NCBI RefSeq assembly: GCF_009914755.1
Contig: NC_060926.1
Reading direction: 5' to 3' (one strand)
Source of the DNA: the human T2T-CHM13v2.0 reference genome, Homo sapiens
Length of the DNA: 64,000 nucleotides
The notes under the pieces are model-generated. The model searched no databases. It saw only the letters and a program-made list of their open reading frames with translations, and was not told where the DNA came from. This document shows, piece after piece, positions 40,176-53,370 of this stretch. The position numbers were made by a program, and so were the translations under genes. Numbering within the stretch: the first letter of the stretch is position 1; each line of letters starts with the position of its first letter.

Positions 40176-40407
40176 CAAGGATTGTCAAACTATAACCCTT
40201 AGGCCAAATTCTGACCCTCCACCTATATCTGTAAACAAGGTTTCATTAGATGACAGCCAGGCCCACTATTTACACATTGTCTAGGACTGCTTTCAGGCAA
40301 TGATGACAGAAAAGAGTAGTGGCAACACAGACCATACACAGCCTAAAAAGGCAAAGATATTTACTGTCTTACTCTTGATATATATTTTAAAAAATGCTAA
40401 CTCATGG
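40176..40407 (+). mobile_element. MER58A-like hAT-Charlie MITE (inside L2-like sequence)
   Basis: 'gtcaaactataacccttaggccaaattctg...acagccaggcccactatttacacattgtct...gagtagtggcaacacagaccata'. Confidence 0.75.
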
Positions 40408-40859
40408 TCTAGGTTATTGCAGGTTATCCTATCTCCATGCCTACCCCAGAATTCAAACTATCTATCACACTGCTGATTAAATGGTGCTTCAAAAATACAA
40501 CTCCAATTAGGTATCTCCATAGCTTAAAAGCTTTTAATGATTCAACAACAAAAGCAATTCCAAATTTCCAGCCTGCATGTAGGACCCCTCACTTTATCTT
40601 CTCCCCCATTCTCAGATGTCCTTGGCTCCTGTTCTTCTCTCTGTATGGCAGAATTGCTTTTCTTTCCTCAGGAAATCTAAGCTACAATTTGACCTGAAGG
40701 TCATGGAGGCTTGCTTCAACCCACAGAGGGCTTATTAGATCATCATTTCAACAAAGCAAACTCTCCCTTAAAGGAATTTACTTTCCAGCTTACTTTACTT
40801 ACTTTATCATATAATGGCCTTGTTAGGGAAGGGGATCAGAAAACTTTACCCTTTAAGAA

Positions 40860-41630
40860 GAAAGGGTTCATTCGCTATTAGAGGTTACGGAAGGGCTTTT
40901 AGAGGCAATTGATTGAACAAAATTATATAATTATGAAAAATAAAGGTGTGTTTCAGAAATAACGAGAAGTTCTTGGTGGCTGCTGCGTGGTGCTAAATAG
41001 CTCCAGATGAGGACAGAAGAGCAGTGTGTGAAAAACCTTTCATGCCAGTGAGGACTTGTTACGTTTCTGTTACCAGCCAAACTCCTGATGATGGTAGGAC
41101 TTTGGAAATCATCCTAGATATGAAAAATCAATCCAAGATGTCTAAGCAGAGAAATGCCAGGATTAGATTTTCCTTGTAAAAGAGAATCTGGTGATGGTGA
41201 GAAATAACTGGAGGGGGGAACAAAAAGAAAGGTAGTATGGAAGTAATTATAACAGCCCAGCTGAAAAATGGGAAAGCTTAAATTTGTGTTGTGGCATTTG
41301 GGATCAAAGATGGAATTAACAGTTAACCAGCTTTGAGGAGTCAGGATGATGAATTAATGTTGAATCTAAGGCTTCTAGTTTATATAATAAACGGACTAGA
41401 TTTTGAGATTACAACCAAGATCAGGATTACAGGAGGAGAATCTCATTTGGAAGACAAGAGACAGGGGCAAGTAATGAGTTTCATTTGGACATGCTAAGTC
41501 CCATACTTGAGGTTATCTTAGTGGATCTTCCAAAGATGCCATTAAAAACTTGTACCTGTTCCTCTAATGAGAATTTGAGGCAAGAGATTGAAATATTGTC
41601 ATCATATGATATAGATTATTATCAAAGATG
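40860..41630 (-). mobile_element. L2 fragment
   Basis: 'ctaagcagagaaatgccaggattagatttt...taatgagtttcatttggacatgctaagt'. Confidence 0.6.
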
Positions 41631-43314
41631 GGGAAGAGGATTCACTACTCAATTCCTACCTACAAATAAAACTGAGATGAAGTTTGGAGAGTGACAGAAA
41701 CCTTGAGAAAATTTGGCTATGTCATCAGCATTGCCCAGGAGGACACCAGGAACATCTTGATCCATGTTGGTTCCACGGACCTCAGGAAAAGGAACTGTAA
41801 ATCAATCAGAGGAAGAAAAATTCGGACTCTGTCTACCAGAAACTTTAAAAGGAAATAGAACTCAAGGGGATGGAACCACTAAGAAATTAAGTTCAGGATA
41901 TGTTTTTGAAAATAATACCAAAAATAGAGAAAAAAAGAGGTATTTTATAAGAAAATGTTAAGAGAGGATTATCACTAAGTAGCCCAAAGGCCCACTTAAC
42001 TGAGTATCGGTAGATCTGAACAACCAAAAGATGCAAAATGTTCACGTGAGACGGAGAGGTAGCTGCATCTCTGTCTCTGTTGCAGGGGGGTCATCCTAGT
42101 TTTACTAAAACTGGATGATGAGGCAGGTTTTGGTGAGCACCATTTTCAGTCTTAAAAGCTGAGATCATAAGATCAAGGTTTCTGTGACCTTGGTGAGGGA
42201 ATTAGGAGCTATAAACCAGGGACATCATGACAGGCAGAGCTTTTCTACTTCACCTTACTTACTTATTTTGCTTATAATAAAAACAGCCTATGAGTTTAAC
42301 TGGGGTTATAATAAAGAAGGGAGTAGGTATTAGCAGATAAGACCATGTTATGCTCCACAATCAGTCTGAAGAGAGGGAGCCTAAAGAGAACAAGTAGGTG
42401 AGGATAGTCATTAAAGGAGAAAAATAGAGGGTGAATTTCTAGGTCTTACATCAGGGAAAGGAGAGCCTGAGATGTCAGCCTGTATCTAAGAAGGAACCGA
42501 CAAATAGCTCTCGTTTTATGTTAGATTTTTAAGGAGCGTATTATGGAAAGTATCAAAATGGCAAAGCAGCTAACAGCGATGAAGCTAAGGGCAAGTATAG
42601 TGTCACGTCTCTATCAGGGAAATCCGGAATCCAGAAACCACTAAAATTTCTAGAGACAAAGGGAATAATGAAATGGGTCATCATGAGATGATGGTCAAGG
42701 AATAGACACTCAGCTGGAAGGATGTCAGTGGGATAGAATTAAGGCAAGACACTCAACCGTAACTTGGCTTTTTACTTCTCCATGAAGGATGATCTCAGTT
42801 CCTTCATTCAATAAACAGTCTTCATGCATTTGTGCAAGCTACTATATTAGATGTTCAAAGAAACACACAATATCTGCACTTCAAAAGACTTACAGTCCAA
42901 GGAAGGAAACTAAAACTGAGTGAAGACCAGGCCCCAGATGGAAAGGAAGTCATGTGAGAGTACAGGGTCACTGTGAGGGATTCATGTGCACAGGTCCAGT
43001 CAAATCCCCCAGCCCCAAAGTGTGGGACAGGCCTACTGCTCCTATCTCTAAGGCACAGAAGGGGAGGAGAGAGATGCCAGAGACTGGAAATGAGCAAATG
43101 CAATCATGAAAAGAAAAAAATATATGCCTTAGCAACTGAAGACCCAGAGCTTGATATTTTTAGACTCTGGCCAGCTGGCAGGGCCAGCCAGGCTAACAGG
43201 CCCTGAGGCTGCCTCTTGGCTGCATTCTGCTTCTCTCTTCTTCCTTCCTCCCTTTCATAGATTCCTGGGAAAATAATTTTCACTCTTTCTTGTGAGGCAA
43301 CAAGACACTGCCGG

Positions 43315-43525
43315 AATAACAAAGGCTTGGCAGTCAGATTCTCCTTCCTTCGCTTGCTATTTGTATGACTTTGAGCAAACTGCCCAACCTTCCTGAAACT
43401 CAGTTTCCTCATCTATAAAATAAGAATAAAATTTTTGCCCTCACAAATTTGTTGTGATAGTCATTGAGAGATATGTTTAGTATTTAGTTCAGTTTGGCAA
43501 ATGGTAGCTGATCAATAAATTTATT
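43315..43525 (+). mobile_element. MIR SINE
   Basis: 'tgtatgactttgagcaa...ctcagtttcctcatctataaaat'. Confidence 0.8.
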
Positions 43526-43869
43526 AATTATGATTACTGTTATTCTTTTGCCCTCAGGCACACGCATACTTCTCTTACCACCTGCTTCTAGTCTTGCCCC
43601 TCCCTATTTGACTAGGAGTTCACACAAACATGTTTTTCTTAGCAGCTATAGCATCTCTCAGCCACCAACCCGACCGTCAGGTGGGAACTGCGGATACAGC
43701 TTTCCCAGCCTGAAGACCTTTGTACTCCACTCCTCTTGTACACTGCCCTCTGCTGACCACATACAGTTGATGCAATTGACCTTTCAGATCTTAGACGTGT
43801 CAGAATATAGGAGAGACCTTTGCCCCTGACCAACATTTAGAATTAGCTGCTAATAAACAAATCAGTTAT

Positions 43870-44300
43870 AGTCATATAGAAAATAAGGGGACAATCACCA
43901 AAAGCTAAAACCGACTCATTTAGAAAATATTCCCTGCTAAACTAATATCATTCTTCATAATGATACCATTATAAGTCTAATTATTAGAAAATACATTAAA
44001 TAGAACTGCCATAAGCACTTACCAAATGTTTCCTAATAATACTGTGGAAGTGATGTAGCACTATTAGCTGAAATAAAAAGCAGACAGGAGGCTCTATGGC
44101 ATGGTTGGATAATCACCATAGAACTTAAGTGAATGAATTTTGAAAATTGTACAAAGGCTTCATCAACGGCCCTATCCCCATCAACATCTTTATAAATGAC
44201 ATGAATGAAAATATAGGCATTTTATCATATTTTCCAATGAGACAATATTAAACAGAATGGTTTATGTGATACAAAGAATCCATCTTCCAAATAATCTCAT
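43870..44300 (+). mobile_element. L3/CR1 reverse-transcriptase remnant
   Basis: 'atcaacatctttataaatgacatgaatgaaaat...tttccaatgagaca' reads like the CR1 RT segment FNIFINDLD...KFADDT; upstream 'tgctaaactaatatcatt' resembles C.TNLI. Confidence 0.6.
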
Positions 44301-44512
44301 GAAATTCAATTTAATAAATAGCTATTGAGTTACTTCTGTGTTCAAAGCACTATAATATTGTTCTAGGCACTAAAGATAGGCTGACCAAAAATAAAATGGC
44401 TATCCTTATAGAGTCAATGTATTATGAAACCTGAAAATTCAGATTTTAATTTTGAAACAACTGCATTAAAACATTCGAAACCAACTCATTTTTCTAAATG
44501 GCATATACAAAA

Positions 44513-44538
44513 CAGAAACAGAACTAATAAGAAAGAGA

Positions 44539-44626
<88 letters not shown>

Positions 44627-45254
44627 TATAGGAATTGGCTCACAAGGTTATAGAGACTGAGAAGTCCCACAATCTGCTGTTTGCAAGCTGGAGAACCAGG
44701 AAAACCACTAGTATAATTCAGTCCTAGTCCAAAGGCCTGACAGTCCTTGAACAAAGACCCCATCAATCAACAAACCTATTCCACCCAACGCCTTTATAAA
44801 TGACATGAATGAAAATAGAAGACATTTTTACCATATTTTCCAATGACACAATATTAGGCAGAATGGCTCATGTGATACACTGAATCCTCTATCTATATCT
44901 TATTGGTTCTGTTCCCATTTTGTATAAAAATCTGAATTTTCAGGTTCCACAAGACATTGACTCTATAAAAGTAGAGTTCCTTTTTGCCAGGGGCTTCAAT
45001 ATTTGAAGTCAGAAAAAGGATATCCCAGCTCAAACAGAGAAACCAAATTCACCCTTCCTCTACCTTTTGTCCTATGTAGGTTTCAACTGATTGGATGAGG
45101 CCTGCCCATATTAGAGAGGACTCTCTATTCAAGTCACCAATTCTAATGCTAATCTCTTCTGGAAACACTGTCGCAGACACACACAGAGATAGTTTTACAA
45201 GCTATCAGGGCATCCTTCAGCTCAGTCAAATTGACACATAAAATTAACCATCAC
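44513..45254 (-). mobile_element. MLT2 (ERVL) solo LTR with an internal microsatellite and a foreign insertion at 44741-44986
   Basis: 'gaaacagaactaataag', 'ggaattggctcacaaggttatagagactgagaagtcccacaatctgc', end 'cagtcaaattgacacataaaattaaccatcaca'. Confidence 0.9.
44537..44624. repeat. Compound (GATA)n(GACA)n(GATA)n tetranucleotide microsatellite
   Basis: Directly visible: about 5 GATA, 10 GACA and 7 GATA units. Confidence 0.96.
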
Positions 45255-48200
45255 AGCATGTTTCTTGGTTGACAGGAAAATTAATAGAAGCAGTATGTAT
45301 GTATGCACATGCATTGCACATGTGGACATATTTGTGGTAGAGATGCAGTGGCAAGTTACTTTTCTTTTTTCAAATATTAGAGATACGCTATGTCCTTCAA
45401 CATAATGAACCATGGTAGATACAGTTTTTCCTGCAAGTATGCTCCCCTTTCATTGTGTCTTCTAGTAATAAAATCCTTCTGTGGGGAATCTATTTTACAT
45501 GGTCCTGGTACAGCTAAATGCTTATGCTCACCCTGTCCAAATAACACCTAGACCCCCTCCTGGGGTGTCATATGATGCAAACCTGCTCAGAGTCCTCCAC
45601 TGGATTTTTGCTCATACTATTAGAGAAAAGGCACTTGCATTTCTCTGAGATTCCAACTTTAAGGCTCACATAAGCCAGGAGCTACTAAGGATCATGTCTC
45701 CCACCACTTGGACAGAGCCTGACAGCAAAAAAAAACTAAAACGGAGAAAAGAAAAGCTTAGAGTTTTAAAGAGATGGATTGCTCTTGATGTGGTTTGAGT
45801 GCCTTGATCCTCCAGAACATGATGCTAGATTAGTCATTGAATCTTTCTTACAAATTTTCTTTTTGTGTCATGTGGTTTGTGTGGGTTTCTGTTATTCACC
45901 CTAAAAAAAATCCTGATCATCATTTTCACTAAACATTAAGTGCCTTATAAATTGTGTCTTCCTTACTGATCTCTGTAACCCAGTGCCAACATAAATTCCT
46001 AGTAGTCAGTAATTGCTAGATTCAGTTGAAGTAAACCAAAGTTTTAAGGAGGTTAATTTTGATGCAGTTGAGGGCAGTCTTCCTAAAGACTGGCACAGTT
46101 CAGCATCAGTACCAATTCTAGCACAGAAAGCATCAATATCAATGTTCAAACTGAGATTGTGAGGCTGCTGAGAGTCAGGACTTGGGGAAACCACCCTGTA
46201 AGTGACTTAGGGTCCCTTCTAGTCCAGAAGTTAAACAAAATACCCTTCATGGTGTTTTTATATCAGTTTTCATGGAAATTAGCTAATCTTTTGGCCTTTT
46301 ATTCATTTGCTTTAGGCTTTAGAACATATGAAACAGTAATCATTGAAAAAGGTTGGCATAAGGCAAGCTGAAAGAAAACTGAAGTAGTATTGAGAATAAT
46401 GTGGTTAGAGTCTCAACTCTGGCTGAGATTCTGAATGTTCACAGGCAAGGTACATAAGGCTTCCCATTCATAAATGCGCACATATTCCAAATCAAGAGAT
46501 TGTACTTAAAACCATCTAAAAAAAGAGCAAAAATAGAACAATATTTAGTCATATATTTGCGGGCCGTCTAAAGAAAAACATGAGGAAAAAACAAAAGATA
46601 GAAGAAATATAAATATAAATGGAATATTCAAGGGCAGTGGCTGTCAGGAACCAAACATGTTTGATTTCTTGATATCTAGGTAGATGCCACCATATCAGTC
46701 ACACATTGCCATATCAAAAAGTTTCTATAATCAGGCCAACTTTTAAAAAGAATGTTTAATTAGACTCAATTAGAACGTTTAATTTTATGGTCTTGACTAT
46801 CCTCTCAATTTCACATTTTGCCTGATCATTTTGTTTTTATTTGGGACATAAATACAGGTATAAATTAAAATCTGACAGCAAAGCAAAGGTTAAAGATTCT
46901 TTGTTATATGTAAGCCATGAAGCATCTTTGGCACCAAAACTGAGACTGAGTAGAGATCAGTATGGTCCTGAATACATGATCACCTCTACATTGGCTTAGT
47001 GGATCTGCATAAAGGTTCTGCAATGTTCCTATTCTCAAGGACCATTGTTCAAGTTCTTAATCTGCTTAGCTGCTCATTTATGTATGATTTACAGTTTCCT
47101 TTATTGCCAGGCAACTGCAGCAAAACTAGTTTTTTGTCTTTAGAAATTGTTTTGCTGCAGTAGGTAACGCCAACTCTGACAATGCTATTGCATCCCTAAT
47201 ATGATTTGTGATGTGTGCTGCAGCGAAATTCTGCCACCTTTTCTGAGTAGCAAAGTTGACTCATATCTACTCAAATAAAATAATGTCCCCACGTCCTCAC
47301 TGAAATGTGTGAGTCACCATGATATTTCAATAATCATCGAACTTTTTTGTACCTAGCTGTCATCTGACATTCCATGTCACATGCACAGGTCAGAGATCAC
47401 AAGGTAGAAAGGAAGAAAGGAGGTGGTACGTTTGGAGGAGGGGGTGGATGGTGGAGGAAAGGAGACATCTTTCAGTGTATAAGGCTATGAGCACCTAATT
47501 TTTATAAGAAAATCCTCAATTTCTAAAACAAAACCAGTCTTGTAATCGCCTATTCTTCTACTCTGAAAAAGAAGACAAACATGCTTACTGGAAAGAAAAG
47601 AGAAAATGGTGCTACATAATTTAATTTCACTTTCTAACCAGTCTTCTTTTGTCACATCCTATATATAATCATGTGAGAAAATCATTTTAAAATGGTCTCA
47701 AGTAAAAGGAAAAGTACAAGATGAAAATTTATGTAAGGCTGAGGGTGTTATTTCTCTCCTTTGCAAAGCTGTCTTATTGTCATATTGCTCTTAACAATAA
47801 AAAACAAAAAGATTTTCAGACATAAGCAAAAAAACGTTGCTTTTGACTGCTATTTTCTTAGTAATATGGCAAATATTTGGAGGGGTAACATATACATACA
47901 AAAATAACATATGAGTCAAAAACCATTCCTGTGGGAAGTACTTTTAAAAGTATATAATTAACCTCAAAGAAAGGCAAGTGAAGGACACCTTTCAAAGGGC
48001 CTTTCCTGCACTGTAGAATTAGTGTGCTTTTTTTTCTTTTCCAAATACAGAATGACTTTCTTTGATTCTCCTCCTACACACTATTTCAAATAAAACATGC
48101 AGTATGAAGCTTTTTAAATACTGAGATAAGATGTTTAAAAGGTTATTTTAACATCTGAAAATGGTCCCTTAACATTGTACAAATATTTAGGAATTTTGCA

Positions 48201-49269
48201 CACAAATTTACTAGTTTATGAATTTTGATGTCAGCATTCTCTAATAATTGAAACCTAGACAATTAGGAAATGTTCAGAGGTGTTGCTGTCATCAACACAC
48301 TTGATGACACATTGCCCCTGCATCACCAACCATGCGTATGGACAACAGACAACAGCTAAGGGTAGATGTCCAGACTCCATTCTGAGAGATAAAGAAGGAA
48401 GCGATAGAAGCAAAAAGAATTTGGGCAAAGTGAAATGACAAACAGTTCACTAAACACAGAGTCAAATAAATTAACACTTTAAATGAGTTTACCTTTTGAG
48501 GTATAGGAGCAGAGAGTGCAGAGGGAGCCCCTGAGATGTTTCCACCACTGACTTTCTTCCTCTGGACACTCTGTACAACTGATGTACCCAGTGACCACCA
48601 TTCCTACCAGGCCATTACATCTCAGTCTAAAAAATAAAACATTCTCTTCCTGGATTAGCAAAGCAAAGCATTAGCTTGACAATTCTGGGGCTTGTGTCAA
48701 AGACTGACTTGGGTCAACAGATAGCAGAAGGAGAATGCAATATCTATAAATATGTATGTAGCATAGATGCTTTAGTGCTATCATTGCTTAATATGACAGC
48801 ACATTAGAACCACCCAGAGATCTTTCAAAATTCAGATTCCAAGGCTCCAGAATCAGGTTTTCTTGAGGCACCAGAGCTGAGGGGAATGGGAGTGAGAGGA
48901 TTAGATGAGGCTTTTCCATGTTCAAAACCACATGGCAAGAAAAAGGTAGAGCTGAGACTATTCAAGTTTCCTGTCTCTTAAGACCAAGGATACTCTAGTT
49001 ACCAACTTCTCTGTCTCATATCACCTTACTTTCTCTCAAATTAAGTAATTGGGTTACATTACTTCTAAGCCCTCCTCCTGCTGCTGGTATTTTAATCACT
49101 TCCAATAGCAATGAGCACAAAATCCAGCCCCCTCAGCATAGCCTAGTGGTTGGGCCTGCTTCATAGGCAGGTGCAGTCACACAGTGCCCTTGATTTAATG
49201 ATGCATTTGATTTAATGCTTTGTTGTCATCATCTTGAAATCCTTAATAATTTTTTATAAAACAATTTGT

Positions 49270-49487
49270 GGACAGGCTACCTTCTTGCTAATCCTCACAT
49301 GGCAGAGAGCAGGGAGAGAGAAAGCAAGCGCTCCAGTGTCTCTTCTTATACAAGGCAGTAATCCCATCATGAGGGTTCCACCTTCATGACCTAATTATCT
49401 CCCAAAGGCCTCATCTTCAAACACCATCAAACTGGGGTCTTGGGTTTCAACATATAAATTTTGGAAGGGCACATTCAGTCCATAGCA
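49270..49487 (-). mobile_element. MaLR LTR fragment (MLT1A/MST-like), adjoining a MER91-like fragment at ~49140-49260
   Basis: 'tcctcacatggcagagag...aatcccatcatgagggttccaccttcatgacctaattatctcccaaaggcc...acattcagtccatagca'. Confidence 0.8.
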
Positions 49488-50220
49488 GAACATGAGGCTT
49501 AGCTTGAAAGACTGCAATAATCCCTTAATTACAAATTTAGGTCTCAGGATCTACCATCCTCAAAGCAATGATAAGAAATGTAGTGATGTTTGCAAAGAGG
49601 GAGGCATGGCAGAGTTCCAAGTGGGGCTTGATTTAGCCTGCCACTCTGCCAGGTGGAACAGAAGGGAGAGAAAATACCGTATGAACTCCTGTTTTTAATT
49701 ACATTGATCTGTACCAGCAATAAAGAGGAAATATATCCCAATCGATGCTCTGGGAATTGATTAGTCAGGTTATCAATGTCTTTCTGGAGGCACTGAGGGT
49801 GGGGAAAGAGAAAGATATGAAGAATGAAAAGAGACATAAGAAGATTTGAGATGAGCAACTTCTCCCGCAGTCTAGATTTTAAAATACCTCAAAATGTATT
49901 CCTAACCCTCAATAATATAAGCTAATAAAGGAGAAAGAGAGGATAAATGTAAAAAGTCCATATTAGCGTAATTTTCAAAGAGTTTTAAAAAATTATGTAA
50001 AGTTTCTTAGGGGCAACATTTCCATAAACTACCATGAAGAATTTCCCAGTTTGACAAGCCAGTTTTCCCGAGAAAATAGAGATCTTGGCAATTTTGTGGG
50101 CTATTAATTTGGTAAACAAATCTGTTCTTTATGAATTGAACAAGAGTAATTGCAGATTTCAAATCAGTAGGTACTGAATTAATGATATCCCTGTATAGAA
50201 TATTTCTCTTCTTCTTAGTG

Positions 50221-50299
50221 CAGGACAATTCTGTAATGGATGTTAAATTCAAGCACCCACAGGACAATTCTGTAATGGATGTTAAATTCAAGCACCCAC
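50221..50299. repeat. Perfect 39-bp tandem duplication
   Basis: CAGGACAATTCTGTAATGGATGTTAAATTCAAGCACCCA at 50221-50259 and 50260-50298. Confidence 0.97.
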
Positions 50300-52394
50300 T
50301 TCTACCTGAAAACCTGAGCCACGAAATCTTCAGTGGCACCTAGAGGAGAACTTGATACTAGTGTTTCAGTTAGGCAATGTACCTCTTCCTGACAGCTTTC
50401 TCTAAGAGATTGCCCCATGTTAGGGACATGGCAGAGAGCATATTTTAAATATCAAAATACTCATAAGTGACTGAGCAATCCTTGAAAGGCTTGGATCCCA
50501 AATGCTGGCAAGGGAACTGAATTCAAGGACTATCCTCAAAGAAAGGAACAACACGTAGTGAAAAGAGCATGGTCTTTAAAGTCAGCCTACCTCAATGCCA
50601 GCTCTGCGTTTAGCCCCGGGGAAGTCTCTGCAAGGTACTCTAATGGAGAGGCTTCACCTGATAAATGGGGTAGGGACGCTGCCTGGAAGAGTAGTTGGGA
50701 GCATCTAATGAAATAAAACAGAGAAGATGGAGGTGAGGTGGAGGATCTCCATAAACTATCATTCCATAGTTTGTAATTCATATCACCACTTTTCTTAAAC
50801 ATTTCCATTAAAAAGTATAAGAGCCAGAGGGATCACAAAGTCATTTCATAGAATGCTTCCACTTAGCAGATGAAAATCTGGTCTTGCTCAGCACCTTGTG
50901 AAGAGCTTTGGATTAGTATGAGGATATAACCTGAGATTTCCTTACTTGGGGCTCTTTATACCACTCCCTTCCTCCTCTGGGAGCCACGTCTTCAGGACAA
51001 AGGCCACTTTAAGCAGCAAAGCTAAAAGGAGGCTGAAGTCTTGTGTATCCCCAAGTTATGTAGACCATCATAGACCAAAGTCATATATAGTCTGACACAC
51101 CCTACTGGCTAATAATAATAATAATAATAACAGTTCCATCTGCTGATGGTTGGCCGGGTGTCAAGTGCTGTGCTCACAGCAGCCCTGCTTCCACAGACAA
51201 GGGAGTGGCCACCAGGGTCAGAGACCTCCTCAAGCTGGCCTAGTGGGTCCCAGGCAGAACCTGACATCAAATCAAAGCCCACCTTTTCTAAGGTTCCTGG
51301 TCTCTTTATGAGGAAGGAGGAGGAGAAGGAAGTGGGGAACCTTGAATAAGTAAATTCTCCTGGTAGTGAGAGCCACCATGACAGGCTCTCCGGAGGGGGC
51401 AATGCCTGCTGCTGGATCCCAGGGCACAGGATCCTGGTGGAGTTTACTTAGCCCTCCCTGAGGGAGGCGGTGCCAAGCCTGCACTGCAGGAGCTGCCACT
51501 GCCCAGGGATGATCATTTTAAACACTTCACCAAGTTGCTCACTGCAGAGAAAGAAGGCAATATCGAGTTTTCAGAAAATCTGAATTGGAGATCAGCCAAT
51601 TCAGCTTGAGAAGCAAACGGAAACAGTTTGCTGCAGAGGATTCAGTCATAAAATGCTGTGTGAATTTGGGCAGGGTGTATGGGAAAAACAAACTGAACAG
51701 GGGCAGGGTCTTTAGCCTTAAGACTATCTTCAATAATCGGACAGTAGGGCTTACAAAGAAGGCAAGTCCTGAAAAACAGTCCCTGGACAAGGAATGTAAG
51801 AAATTCTTCTGCAGGAAAAAGAAAGCAAAATAATTTATTAATTAATTAAAGAATCCACTGCTATTTTCACCTCAGGTCCAGTTACTAGTTTGGAGATTTT
51901 CTCCCAGAGGCAAACCTAACATGGTACAAGTGCCGTGCTACAGAAAACATTTGTCTAATCAGGATTTTGTTATTGGTCCCATCTGTTTAACAGGATTGCT
52001 CATCACCTCAAAGTTAAGTAAAATCTGTTTGTTATCAACAAATTACATAAGAGCCTAGTAAATATTTTATGAGTAGAACTGTAAATATTTCCTTCTCTGT
52101 TCACAGGAATAAGTGAAATACCACTCCTATAAATTTCTCTGCCCTTCTGCCTGGCCACCCCTCACAGGATGTGAGAGGACATTTTCAGAGCTGCTGTAGC
52201 TTACCACGACAGGCTGAGAAATTTCCCATCCCCGGAAAAGACAACTACCTATTATTTTTCCTGAGGGGCACCACTGTTTCCCTTAAGTCAAAGGGTCCAA
52301 TAAATTGAGGAGAGACAACATTTTCTACCATTATTTCAGTTAAACAGGAAAAAAGAAAATCCAGAAAAGAGATTATTATTACCTTCAAAGATTA

Positions 52395-52610
52395 TACAAT
52401 GTGGTCAAAAGAATACAGACTTGAAAGCCAGACACACCTGGGATTAAATCTGGATTCAGTCACCTACTCACTGCATGACCTTGAGAAAATTACTTTATCT
52501 CTTGAGGTATCGGTTTTCTACATGAATTTGCCATCATCTATAAATGGGACCCTGTTGGTAAGAAAAATGCCTAGAACAGTCCAAGGCCCATATCAACAGT
52601 AATAGCAATG
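52395..52610 (+). mobile_element. MIR SINE
   Basis: 'agccagacacacctgggattaaatctgg...gcatgaccttgagaaaattacttt'. Confidence 0.7.
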
Positions 52611-52724
52611 ATGACACTCATAGTACCTGTTGTAGGGCAGTTACTCGGAACACTTTCATTGTCTTCCTCCAACCTCATCTCCATCTTTCAACCTCAAATT
52701 TTTAAAGGGTGTCACAAAAAGTAG

Positions 52725-52925
52725 GAGTCAAATCTATTCTGTAAAAGAGTGAGTACGCAATTGAAACCAAAGAGTGAATGCTACAAAGAAATTAATTTCA
52801 ACCAAAATTTGGGAGATATTTTACAATGGAAGTTGTCCAAAAATAGAACAGATACCCTCAAGACATAGTGGGTTCAGTGGTATCAGAGGATGACAACAGA
52901 GGCTGGGTGGACATTCACCAGGGAT
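52725..52925 (+). mobile_element. L3/CR1 3' fragment
   Basis: 'gttgtccaaaaatagaacagataccctcaagacatagtggg...aacagaggctgggtggac'. Confidence 0.5.
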
Positions 52926-53280
52926 GCAGCTCCATTATGTCCAAATCTATGCTTCTAGGAGAGATATGATACATCTTCACTCACTTTTCTAACATTTTCT
53001 GGGCACCTGTGCATACCATCTGTGTGACCTTGGGCAAGATCCTTACCCTCTCTAGGCCTCAGTGCCCTTATTCCTAAAGAGCAGAAGTTAAGAGTACTCA
53101 CTGTAGGTTGGTGATGACTATCAATATATGTAAAGCTCTTGGCAGAGTGCCAGCACACAGGCCAGCACAAATGCTAGTATTAGTGTGCATTTTAATATTG
53201 TACTGTTGTTATCACATAATGATTGTGATGATGGCCCAGGTCCTGTTACTGGGATTTAAAGATACAAATCTAAATTTGTA

Positions 53281-53370
53281 TTCATCTATAAAGTAGAGAT
53301 GTTTATATCTATATCATAGTTTATACCTTCATCTATAAATTAGAGATGTTTGAACCTACATCATTGTTAT
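53281..53370. repeat. Diverged tandem duplication, 47-bp period
   Basis: 'ttcatctataaa.tagagatgttt.a..cta.atcat.gtt' at 53281 and 53328. Confidence 0.85.

Noticed and set aside
41750-42720. LTR-like stretches (also ~1740-2200 and ~4200-4737)
   Set aside because: TATA/AATAAA-like words are present, but I cannot assign termini, TSD or family.
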